Source: a virus
Lineage: Duplodnaviria > Caudoviricetes
Virus record (IMG/VR): IMGVR_UViG_3300018080_000537
Location: 1 to 25,960 of that record
DNA length: 25,960 nt
Direction: 5' to 3' (one strand)
Shown here: positions 18,060-25,662 of the stretch, in pieces
Position numbering within the stretch: position 1 is the stretch's first letter
Layout: every line of letters starts with the position of its first letter
The notes under the pieces: generated by a model
What the model saw: only the letters and a program-made list of their open reading frames with translations
The model's database searches: none
What the model was told of the DNA's origin: nothing
Translations under genes and position numbers: made by a program

Positions 18060-18464
18060 TTAATATAACATTACACTTCCAACATAATTAGTACCACCAA
18101 TAGATATTAATGGTGTGTCTGTTACTATTCCAACGACTTTAGTTGCATTACCTTTAGATGATGTAAGTAAACCATCATCAGTTGCATATACTAAAGTAGA
18201 CGGATTATAATCACTATCAAAGCAACACCTAACAACATTTCCTCTAGTGTATACTCCTATTCTATTTCCTGATGTAGCATCAATGGATGCTATTCCTATA
18301 GAGTCACACTCTCCAGTTAATGAAGTTGTTACCTTAACAGTATTACTATTACATATATAAACAGCTTGCCCAGCGTAGATAGTCTCTCCTGATACAAACT
18401 TAAAAGCTCCAGTACCATCTATATATAGATTACTATCACTAATATCAGAAGTAGACCAACTCAT
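18060..18464 (-). CDS. Capsid cement/decoration protein paralogue 1
   Basis: FVSGETIYAGQAVY...IGIASIDATSGNRIGVYTRGNVVRC...LVYATDDG. Confidence 0.72.
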   Translation of the reverse strand: MSWSTSDISDSNLYIDGTGAFKFVSGETIYAGQAVYICNSNTVKVTTSLTGECDSIGIASIDATSGNRIGVYTRGNVVRCCFDSDYNPSTLVYATDDGLLTSSKGNATKVVGIVTDTPLISIGGTNYVGSVMLY

Positions 18465-18466
18465 AC

Positions 18467-19747
18467 TTAATCAAGATCCCTATAGATAGTACCTGGTCGA
18501 AGTTTGTCGTGTACAATTGATGATTTGTATTTTGGTTCTTCAACTTCTTCTTTTGATTCAGTATCTTCTTTAACAACTGTTTTAGGTTTTTCTGTTTTCT
18601 CTAGAACTTCAATCCGTTTTGAAAGTTCTGCAATCTCATCATCTTTTGATTTCAAAGTTACTTCGATTTCTTCTGACTTTTTAACATAGGAAGTTAATTC
18701 ACTTATTGCTTTTTTTAAGTCAGAGATATCTTTTTGAACATCATAAGATTTTTCTTCACAGTCGGTACATTCGTCATTAGCTTTTTCTTCGCTCATCATA
18801 GTTTCTTCTTCAGGTTCCTCTTCATCCATAGGTTCCTCTTCTGGCTTTTTAGCCAATTCTGAGACAATACCCTTTAGAGCTTCGATTTCTCTAGTCAGTC
18901 CATTGAGAATTTCTTTTGTATCAACTTCAGATTTCTCTTCCACCTCAGGTTCAGTAGTTTCTTCTGAAGTTTCTGATTTCTCTTCTGTAGGTTGTTCTTT
19001 AGTTTCTGTAACTTTAGATTTCTCTTCTATTACTTCTTCTTCAACCTCTGACTTTTCTATCTCTTCATCTTTGTTCATAGACTTACCCTTATTTATATTA
19101 CATTTCTCACAATCTTCTGATTTTGATACTACAACAAAACCAGACTTTTCATTTATTGGATATTCACATACAGATACTTCAAACATATTCATTTTATCGA
19201 TTACAGTATAACATGATTTGTCATCACACTCATCGTGTGCTAATAAAACTTCTGCTGCTATAGAAAATCCATTTATCTTACCATTTGTAATTTTACTCCA
19301 TATCTCATTAGATATCTCTAAGTCATCTCTTATAGATGCTACAATAAATAGACCTTTGTCATCTATATGGGTTTTATAATCTCCCCATCCTTCTAGTATT
19401 TTACCTATCTGAATGTTTTGGTGAGTTATCATTAGATTAGCATAATCAGATTTTCCTAGTAAGGTTCGTATACTATCTTCAAGGGTTGCTTTTGGAATAA
19501 ATTGATTTTCAGAATCTATCTCTATAATAGATGCATATCCAGCAATTATTCTTTCAGATTCCTTTGCTTTAGATATATAACTTACATTTCCTTTCATATG
19601 GAATTGAAGTTTTATGTCATCTGTTACCTTGTCATCACTTGGAGTAGTATCAGAGTTAACTACAAAAACAAGTGGATTATCCATAGATAGTTCTTTTATA
19701 CCTTTTAAAACCGATATTAATGACTTATCGCCACTATTATATCCCAT
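18467..19747 (-). CDS. Prohead protease (XkdF/HK97-type) fused to an acidic coiled-coil scaffold
   Basis: RIIAGYAS...D, LMITH (His), GFSIAA (Ser), EVSVCEYPIN; followed by a Glu-rich linker and coiled coil. Confidence 0.85.
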   Translation of the reverse strand: MGYNSGDKSLISVLKGIKELSMDNPLVFVVNSDTTPSDDKVTDDIKLQFHMKGNVSYISKAKESERIIAGYASIIEIDSENQFIPKATLEDSIRTLLGKSDYANLMITHQNIQIGKILEGWGDYKTHIDDKGLFIVASIRDDLEISNEIWSKITNGKINGFSIAAEVLLAHDECDDKSCYTVIDKMNMFEVSVCEYPINEKSGFVVVSKSEDCEKCNINKGKSMNKDEEIEKSEVEEEVIEEKSKVTETKEQPTEEKSETSEETTEPEVEEKSEVDTKEILNGLTREIEALKGIVSELAKKPEEEPMDEEEPEEETMMSEEKANDECTDCEEKSYDVQKDISDLKKAISELTSYVKKSEEIEVTLKSKDDEIAELSKRIEVLEKTEKPKTVVKEDTESKEEVEEPKYKSSIVHDKLRPGTIYRDLD

Positions 19748-20046
19748 ATTAATTTACCTACAATAGTTAGTAACATAACAAATACAGCATATATGTATTT
19801 GTCATACGTTTTAAACTTTTCAAATATTCTTGAAATGTTACTTTTTACTTTTTCAACTTCAATATCAATGCTTTTTATGTCTCCATTGATATGCTGCACA
19901 TGATTGGTTAACAATTTATTTAGATTGCCACATCTTTTGTGACATGTATCGTTATATTCCTTAAATGTATCAGTTACAGTATCATTTAACTTATCTATTT
20001 TATCCTCAATTCGCTTTATATAGTCATACAACTCTTGATTATCCAT
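19717..20046 (-). CDS. Coiled-coil protein with C-terminal transmembrane helix (XhlA/holin-like architecture)
   Basis: Heptad N-terminus RIEDKIDKLND and hydrophobic YIYAVFVMLLTIVGKLIW; GGAG SD. Confidence 0.5.
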   Translation of the reverse strand: MDNQELYDYIKRIEDKIDKLNDTVTDTFKEYNDTCHKRCGNLNKLLTNHVQHINGDIKSIDIEVEKVKSNISRIFEKFKTYDKYIYAVFVMLLTIVGKLIWDIIVAISH

Positions 20047-20061
20047 GCAACTCTCCTATAT

Positions 20062-20247
20062 CTATGGTTGTGTCATTGGCTCCCAATTCTTAGCTGTTGG
20101 GTTCCAAACATATAGGCAACATGCAATGGCGTTAGAGTCTGACAAGCCTGATACTGGAAAACCCATAAAGTTAACTATAGTATTATCAGGATTCAACGCA
20201 GAAGATGAGGACGGACTTGTGTAACGATATCCTCCGATTAATGACAT
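20062..20247 (-). CDS. Hypothetical protein (61 aa)
   Basis: GGGAGAG SD; co-oriented; ends LYVWNP...WEPM. Confidence 0.55.
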   Translation of the reverse strand: MSLIGGYRYTSPSSSSALNPDNTIVNFMGFPVSGLSDSNAIACCLYVWNPTAKNWEPMTQP

Positions 20248-20278
20248 ATAATATCTCTCCCTTATTATATAACAGAAA

Positions 20279-20503
20279 TTACATAGATTTAGATAATTGA
20301 TTAAGATAAGTTTGAATATTAGATAGTATATTCTTTAAAGATGATAGATTATTAGATTTCTTTGAGCTTGGATGTGCTTCTCTCCACATAGAATAACAAA
20401 TAGCTACTGCTTGGTCTTTAGGTCTTCCTTCACTTATAACAACAGGAACACATCTACCAATAAAATCTTTTTGTGATTCTCCTTCTTTAGGTGGTGCTGG
20501 CAT
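20279..20503 (-). CDS. Small head-module protein (PxxGES..FI.RC...QAVAICYSMW family)
   Basis: Motif recognised as recurrent near prohead proteases in tailed viruses; GGAG SD; function unknown. Confidence 0.6.
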   Translation of the reverse strand: MPAPPKEGESQKDFIGRCVPVVISEGRPKDQAVAICYSMWREAHPSSKKSNNLSSLKNILSNIQTYLNQLSKSM

Positions 20504-20514
20504 ATTTATTCTCC

Positions 20515-20826
20515 TTATTGCTGTATAATATGTGCATGAAAGTGCTCTGGTATAAATTTAAGATTTGATTTAAGTCTTATATTATTACCATACTCCTTTC
20601 TACAAATGTATAACATCTTACCCCATAAGTCATTAGATATATTAGGAACATGATCTCTAACAACTATCATTGGAGTAGATAATGTTTTGCAACTAACTAT
20701 TACAAAGTCAGAGTTATTTATAGAATCTCCATCCATATAATGCAAATCAGATATAAAACTATTATCTATATCTAAAAAAACATTACATAGCGGACATCCT
20801 GTTACTAGGTTGTGATTTATATCCAT
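20515..20826 (-). CDS. HIT (histidine triad)-like protein
   Basis: N-terminal CPLC, internal VVRDH and C-terminal HFHAHII match the HIT H-x-H-x-H-x-x motif. Confidence 0.7.
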   Translation of the reverse strand: MDINHNLVTGCPLCNVFLDIDNSFISDLHYMDGDSINNSDFVIVSCKTLSTPMIVVRDHVPNISNDLWGKMLYICRKEYGNNIRLKSNLKFIPEHFHAHIIQQ

Positions 20827-20827
20827 A

Positions 20828-20974
20828 TTAAATATATTTTATTGATTTGTTACCATCTTTATATACTAGATAATTATCTACATCAACTAGTTTATTAAGA
20901 ATACAATGATAACATTCTACATTAAAGTTTTTACATATATCTTTAAATGGACACTCAACCTTAGATTCTGGCAT
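20828..20974 (-). CDS. 48-aa four-cysteine microprotein (not in ORF track)
   Basis: MPESKVECPFKDICKNFNVECYHCILNKLVDVDNYLVYKDGNKSIKYI*; GGAG SD; fills the gap between protease and HIT genes. Confidence 0.6.
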   Translation of the reverse strand: MPESKVECPFKDICKNFNVECYHCILNKLVDVDNYLVYKDGNKSIKYI

Positions 20975-21458
20975 CGGAACACGCTCCACGGTCTCCATAG
21001 ACTATAGCACAACCTAAGAAGTCTATGTCTCCTGCTACTAGTTCATATGTATCATTATCATAGGTATCACTAGATTGTAACTCAACTGATAATGCTTTAA
21101 CTAATCCTAAATCTATTGCAGTTACTGCTTCTCTACCAGCAGAAAGTTTAGTATTTATATATAAGTCTCCCTTAACTGCATTATCTTTCCAAGTTACGTT
21201 CTGAACAGTTCCTGCTAGTTTCATAATACTCCAATCGTGGTCTAGATTTAGATAATTAGATATCCATCTTTTAGAGCCTTGCATAAGTTCGTTAGGACGA
21301 TAAGTGATTGGTCTTCTAGATACTGAATCAGTCCAAGTTCCTGGAGTTATTAGAGTAGCATCTCTAAAGATTCTAACTTCACTACTCTTCTGAATTATCT
21401 TCGTCTGTGTTAGGTTTTTTAGATTCACTATCTGATGATGGTGTAGATTCTTCGTCAT
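20961..21458 (-). CDS. Second putative prohead protease (DUF2213/Mu gpI-like), stand-alone without scaffold
   Basis: LITPGTW, YxPxEL, LNLDH (His), ALSVE (Ser), GCAIV..RGACSDARI; GAGGAGGT SD 5 nt before the ATG, inside the portal 3' end. Confidence 0.7.
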   Translation of the reverse strand: MTKNLHHHQIVNLKNLTQTKIIQKSSEVRIFRDATLITPGTWTDSVSRRPITYRPNELMQGSKRWISNYLNLDHDWSIMKLAGTVQNVTWKDNAVKGDLYINTKLSAGREAVTAIDLGLVKALSVELQSSDTYDNDTYELVAGDIDFLGCAIVYGDRGACSDARI

Positions 21459-22680
21459 CTTCTACCTCCTCACTATTTACATCTTTATTAGTTAACAATT
21501 CATTTAATGATTCAATAGGTTTTAATCCAAATTGTGCTCTAAACTCATTTCCTGTGAGAGGAATATCACCTTTGAATCCTCTTAAGATATTACCCCACCA
21601 TTTAGCTTTTAGAGCTTCATCTTCTGCTGTAACACTATTGAAATTAATATAAACCCAATTCTTTGGATCTTCCATATCTATTCCATTTTCCTCTAGATAT
21701 GGTTTGAATAATTGATCTTCTAACATGACTGATATATCTGTTTGAAATCCCTTAATCATTCTTTCATATAATACTGCTTTAACTCTTGCAGTTGCTTCTG
21801 TAGATCCTTTGCCTTGTCCTAAAGCCTCTTCTGGACACATAAGTCCTACAATCATTTGTGTTTGAAATAAATCATAATATTCTCTTACACCTTGAACTCC
21901 TCTTTCATCTATTGTTGCTATAGATATATACCATGGAACAATAAATTCATTTTTGGAATTTATATCCTCAAACTCCTTTTTAATGTCATCCATGACAGTT
22001 GATGGAGGAACTTGTCCGTCTTTTTCTGAACCTACTGTAACTACATATTTTGCAGTATGTCTTTGAATTGCATTATACAAAGACTCGTCAGTTGCTACCT
22101 TTCTGTCTATAGTATCCATATTTGGAGTCATTAAAGATATTCCATAAGGAGAACCAGGTATAGGAAATAATCTAAAATGTAATATTTCTTCAGGTTTTAA
22201 AGGAGATCCTATTAATTTTCCACCAATATATTGTTGAAAATCTACAATATCTCCAAATTTATCATCATTTATAATAACAGTTCTACTATCTATGACTTTA
22301 AGTCTAGATATAAGACCTTTACCAGTTTTTATCTTTTCTATGAATGCATCTCCAAATATTAATGCATTCTTAGTTGCTTCTTTCATTACTTGTGGAAGCC
22401 GTACTCGTTTACATAATGAGGTTATTAAGTCTCTTGCTTTTTCATTTTCAGATTCAATAGTATAACCAACCATTGTAGTATTTAAAGCTATACTATTTAT
22501 AGATGCAAATATAGTTCCTTCTCCAGAATAGTATGTCCAATAAGTATTTAATAGAGTTGGGTTTCTTTCTCTAGATGATATACCTCCACCAGAAGAACCT
22601 TCTCCGGTTCTTACAACTGATTTTGGCTTACCATCTTTCTTTAAATACTTAATCTTCTTTGAGAAGGGATTTAGACTCAT
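21382..22680 (-). CDS. Portal protein
   Basis: About 432 aa after TerL; ALIFGDAFIE, PEEILHFRL...YGIS, GLMCPEEALG, NEFRAQFGLKP; acidic tail. Start at ATG 22680 (GGTG SD); the track start is 22692. Confidence 0.88.
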   Translation of the reverse strand: MSLNPFSKKIKYLKKDGKPKSVVRTGEGSSGGGISSRERNPTLLNTYWTYYSGEGTIFASINSIALNTTMVGYTIESENEKARDLITSLCKRVRLPQVMKEATKNALIFGDAFIEKIKTGKGLISRLKVIDSRTVIINDDKFGDIVDFQQYIGGKLIGSPLKPEEILHFRLFPIPGSPYGISLMTPNMDTIDRKVATDESLYNAIQRHTAKYVVTVGSEKDGQVPPSTVMDDIKKEFEDINSKNEFIVPWYISIATIDERGVQGVREYYDLFQTQMIVGLMCPEEALGQGKGSTEATARVKAVLYERMIKGFQTDISVMLEDQLFKPYLEENGIDMEDPKNWVYINFNSVTAEDEALKAKWWGNILRGFKGDIPLTGNEFRAQFGLKPIESLNELLTNKDVNSEEVEDDEESTPSSDSESKKPNTDEDNSEE

Positions 22681-22948
22681 CTTTATATACACCTTTTAAT
22701 AGAATTTCTAATGTACTTACATTTCTTTCTTCATAACCTTCACTTCCTATAGTAATTTCATATGTAGGATTTTCTAGATATTGTCTTATGAAGATTGCTG
22801 CAACATCAATTGCTCTCTTTATGTTATTTCCTCTAGATACTAAAAGTACTTCATTGGAATTATTAAAAGCATATTTACAGGCATTTATGTAACTTTTTAT
22901 TTCTTTATCGCCTATAGGAACAGTTTCGATATCTTCCTTAGTATTCAT
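22649..22948 (-). CDS. albA: Alba-family DNA/RNA-binding chromatin protein
   Basis: IGDKEIKSYI..C...F...NEVLLVSRGNNIKRAIDVA...ITIGSE....RNVSTLEILL aligns along its full length with archaeal Alba (IGKKPVMNYV..EIVIKARGRAISKAVD..IRVGSQ..RVSTIEI). GGAGAG SD before ATG 22948. Confidence 0.88.
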   Translation of the reverse strand: MNTKEDIETVPIGDKEIKSYINACKYAFNNSNEVLLVSRGNNIKRAIDVAAIFIRQYLENPTYEITIGSEGYEERNVSTLEILLKGVYKDESKSLLKED

Positions 22949-22969
22949 ATACTCTCTCCATTTCAAACA

Positions 22970-24478
22970 TTAGACTTTATATATCTTATAAGAAGATTTA
23001 GTAGATATGAAGTCTTTTACATTAGAATAATCTATAAATCCTCCAGAATCGGAGGTTTGTATAGAAAATGATAATGAATCAGCACAGTCATCATGTGCTC
23101 CTAAAGGATACATTCCTAATTCATTAATTAAATTCTCTAAAGAGGGATTAAGATAGATTCTTCCTGTCTCGAATAAAAGAGACATTCTGTCCATTCTAGT
23201 ATCTCTATCGTTGACTATAGATGATTTAATAGGGACTATTGGTAGATTTGGATTATCTCTAATTATATCATCAACAATTATCTTTTGTTGAGCGGATGCT
23301 TCTAATCCTATTCTACTAGGATGCCATTTGTCATCCATAGATTTTATTATTTCAATTTGTCTGTGTAAAGATGAATGTGTTCTATAGTTATCTATAACAT
23401 ATACATCACCATCAGAGTTAACTCCTACAACACTCACAGCAAAGTAATCACTCTTTTTATCTTCACCACCAAAGTCAACTCCCATGTAGTATTTTAGATT
23501 AGTTGGAATAATTCCTCCTAACTTTATAAACTTTTCTTTTGCTTTGTGTAACCACTCACTCTTAAACTTTGAGATTCCTGATGCCATTATCTCATTTTGA
23601 TATTGCATCTGAAAGTGCATTTCACCTTGATGCCTTCTAATAAATTCTAAAGTTAAACTATCTTCAGTTAATAAAGGTTTATTTTCCTTTTCTCTCTTTA
23701 TGTTTAACTCTTTTATCATATTAACATCATAAGGAAGATGTTCAGGCCATAGAACTTCTGCTCCGTTGCCATTTTCATCAGGTTCCTTTAACAATGCTTG
23801 ATATCTATAAGTTTTAAATCCAGACTTTTTAGATAGATAGCTATGAATATCATCTTCATGCCACTTGGTTCCAATGTTAATAACTTTTGTATTAGACAGA
23901 AAAGTACCAACTAAAGGACCATTGTACCAATCTTCTAACTCTCCTCTTTGGTGTTCTGTTTTAGAATTATTGTTATCTGTTATATCATCTAAGATAATTA
24001 GGTCATAGTGAGCTGATATAATTTTAGATGATACTCCAAGAACCTTTAAAGTAGGTTCATTATAAAATCTTTGAACTTCACTAGATGATTTTACACGAAT
24101 TTGGTCTCTTGACCAGTTTGAATGTCCTTTAAAGTCTCCGAATAAGTCTATTAATTTCGTATTTTTAGATAGATTTTCTTGTACAAAGGTCATCATACTG
24201 TTAGCTTTATCTTGGTTAATAGTAACAATTAGAATTCTAATATTTCTATTCTTTACTATTCTCCATAAGATATATGAACCAACTGTCGTTGTCTTACCAT
24301 GGCCCCGTGGAGCTAAAAGAACTGTAAATTTATTATCCTCAAATGCTTTTAACCATTCCTGATGGAATGATTCACAATCTAATCCTAGCAAATCTGTCAT
24401 AAATGCAACAGGATCTGATGTGTATTTCAGTATTTTTAATTGGTCTTCACCAAGTAAACTAAATATATTATCTGTCAT
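22970..24478 (-). CDS. terL: Terminase large subunit
   Basis: Walker A LAPRGHGKT, Walker B LIILDD, IGTKWHEDD, nuclease MGVDFG and HDDCADS. Confidence 0.95.
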   Translation of the reverse strand: MTDNIFSLLGEDQLKILKYTSDPVAFMTDLLGLDCESFHQEWLKAFEDNKFTVLLAPRGHGKTTTVGSYILWRIVKNRNIRILIVTINQDKANSMMTFVQENLSKNTKLIDLFGDFKGHSNWSRDQIRVKSSSEVQRFYNEPTLKVLGVSSKIISAHYDLIILDDITDNNNSKTEHQRGELEDWYNGPLVGTFLSNTKVINIGTKWHEDDIHSYLSKKSGFKTYRYQALLKEPDENGNGAEVLWPEHLPYDVNMIKELNIKREKENKPLLTEDSLTLEFIRRHQGEMHFQMQYQNEIMASGISKFKSEWLHKAKEKFIKLGGIIPTNLKYYMGVDFGGEDKKSDYFAVSVVGVNSDGDVYVIDNYRTHSSLHRQIEIIKSMDDKWHPSRIGLEASAQQKIIVDDIIRDNPNLPIVPIKSSIVNDRDTRMDRMSLLFETGRIYLNPSLENLINELGMYPLGAHDDCADSLSFSIQTSDSGGFIDYSNVKDFISTKSSYKIYKV

Positions 24479-24480
24479 CG

Positions 24481-24520
24481 AAAGAAATTAGAGGGAGGTT
24501 TACTCCCAATTATATAAGGT
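24481..24520 (-). promoter_or_regulatory. TATA-like box, hairpin and pyrimidine tract upstream of SD-less terL
   Basis: TTATATAA (24510-24517), GGGAG-TAAAC-CTCCC hairpin (24493-24507), then TCTAATTTCTTTCG-ATG with no SD. Confidence 0.4.
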
Positions 24521-24530
24521 TAAGATACAC

Positions 24531-24710
24531 CTAAAAGAGTTTTTCTTTGAATAATCCTACGAGAACACCAAGAAAGAGACCGATACTTTCCCAAGGTAAT
24601 GATGGAAAGATTTCAGTTTCTCCTAGCAAAACTCCTAGAATATATCCAGTCATACCGAAAACGATTGCATAAAATACTTTCATTCCGATACTGTCGTCTT
24701 TTAATGCCAT
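24531..24710 (-). CDS. 59-aa two-TM membrane protein (not in ORF track)
   Basis: MALKDDSIGMKVFYAIVFGMTGYILGVLLGETEIFPSLPWESIGLFLGVLVGLFKEKLF*; AAGGAG SD. Confidence 0.7.
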   Translation of the reverse strand: MALKDDSIGMKVFYAIVFGMTGYILGVLLGETEIFPSLPWESIGLFLGVLVGLFKEKLF

Positions 24711-24753
24711 AATCTTACTCCTTATTTAGTAAACATAAAAAAATAACATACAA

Positions 24754-24957
24754 TTAATCATTCCAATGTTTAACCATATTAACTAGAGAATGTAGTACTG
24801 CAACTGATATTGCAATTATAGCAGCATATTCTGGTGGAAACGTTTCTGTTTCTAGAAAGTTAACTGTGTATAAGAGTGCTTCTGGAATGATAACTAGTGC
24901 AAGTCCAGTAAAAAATTTCTTTAAAGTAATAGTCCAATCATATCCTTCACCTGGCAT
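24754..24957 (-). CDS. 67-aa two-TM membrane protein (holin-like)
   Basis: Two hydrophobic stretches; GGAGG SD; YDWTITLKK N-terminus. Confidence 0.6.
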   Translation of the reverse strand: MPGEGYDWTITLKKFFTGLALVIIPEALLYTVNFLETETFPPEYAAIIAISVAVLHSLVNMVKHWND

Positions 24958-24971
24958 TATATAATTCCTCC

Positions 24972-25523
24972 TTATTCTTCTTCTTTGTTAGATACTATAT
25001 CTATAATCTTAGATCTACATGCAGGACATAACTTATCAGATAACTCTATAAACATATTATTAATCTTTGTTAGATTTAATGTTTGTGCTTGGTTTCTAGG
25101 TTTGAATTCGTTAACCCCCCATTGAATCAAATCTATCCAATTCTTCTTTTGTTGATCCAAAGCAGTTAATGTGTCTTTTGCTGCTTTAATAGTTTTATAG
25201 TTATCATCTTCAGATACTATCTTTTTTAATGACTTTTTCATAATAAGATATATCTCTTGTGTTTCATCCTCTAAATCATCCATCTTCGCTCTAAATTCAC
25301 CACGTAAATCTTCCCAAGTGTCGATTCCATTATCAATCTTCTTTTCTTCTAATTGAACTTTATAAGAATCTAAAAATCTCTTAACTGACATAAAACTAAT
25401 TGAGAAGTCTTCATGTGCATCATTAATAGATTGAGCTATCTCTTTATAACCCAATCCTTCATCCCTTAATTTTAATACTTCATCTTCTATTTCATGTTGT
25501 ACTATCTTATTAATATTAACCAA
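24972..25523 (-). CDS. Putative terminase small subunit (N-terminal HTH plus helical oligomerisation region)
   Basis: LRDEGLGYKEIAQSIN...ISFMSVKRFL HTH; coiled coil; C-terminal CPAC; TTG start with GGTGA SD; lies upstream of terL. Confidence 0.6.
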   Translation of the reverse strand: MVNINKIVQHEIEDEVLKLRDEGLGYKEIAQSINDAHEDFSISFMSVKRFLDSYKVQLEEKKIDNGIDTWEDLRGEFRAKMDDLEDETQEIYLIMKKSLKKIVSEDDNYKTIKAAKDTLTALDQQKKNWIDLIQWGVNEFKPRNQAQTLNLTKINNMFIELSDKLCPACRSKIIDIVSNKEEE

Positions 25524-25527
25524 TATA

Positions 25528-25575
25528 TCACCTTGTATGAATCAAATTAATATAAGTCCCGCCACATCCCGACAT
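25528..25575 (-). CDS. Candidate 15-aa leader ORF MSGCGGTYINLIHTR
   Basis: AAGGAGTGA SD 5 nt before the ATG; its TGA stop lies within the GGTGA SD of terS. Confidence 0.35.
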   Translation of the reverse strand: MSGCGGTYINLIHTR

Positions 25576-25662
25576 GCTTGTCACTCCTTTGTTACTATAT
25601 TCAATAATATAATATAGTTACTAGTGTTTTTTACTAAAATGTCTTCTATAAGGAGAGAACTA

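Noticed and set aside
3466-21652. Ten short plus-strand ORFs in the track (3466, 6464, 10318, 10561, 15837, 16092, 18504, 18903, 19502, 21407)
   Set aside because: All lie antisense to well-supported minus-strand genes, lack motifs, and several are Ser/Phe/Leu-rich mirrors of Glu/Lys-rich coding; treated as shadow ORFs.
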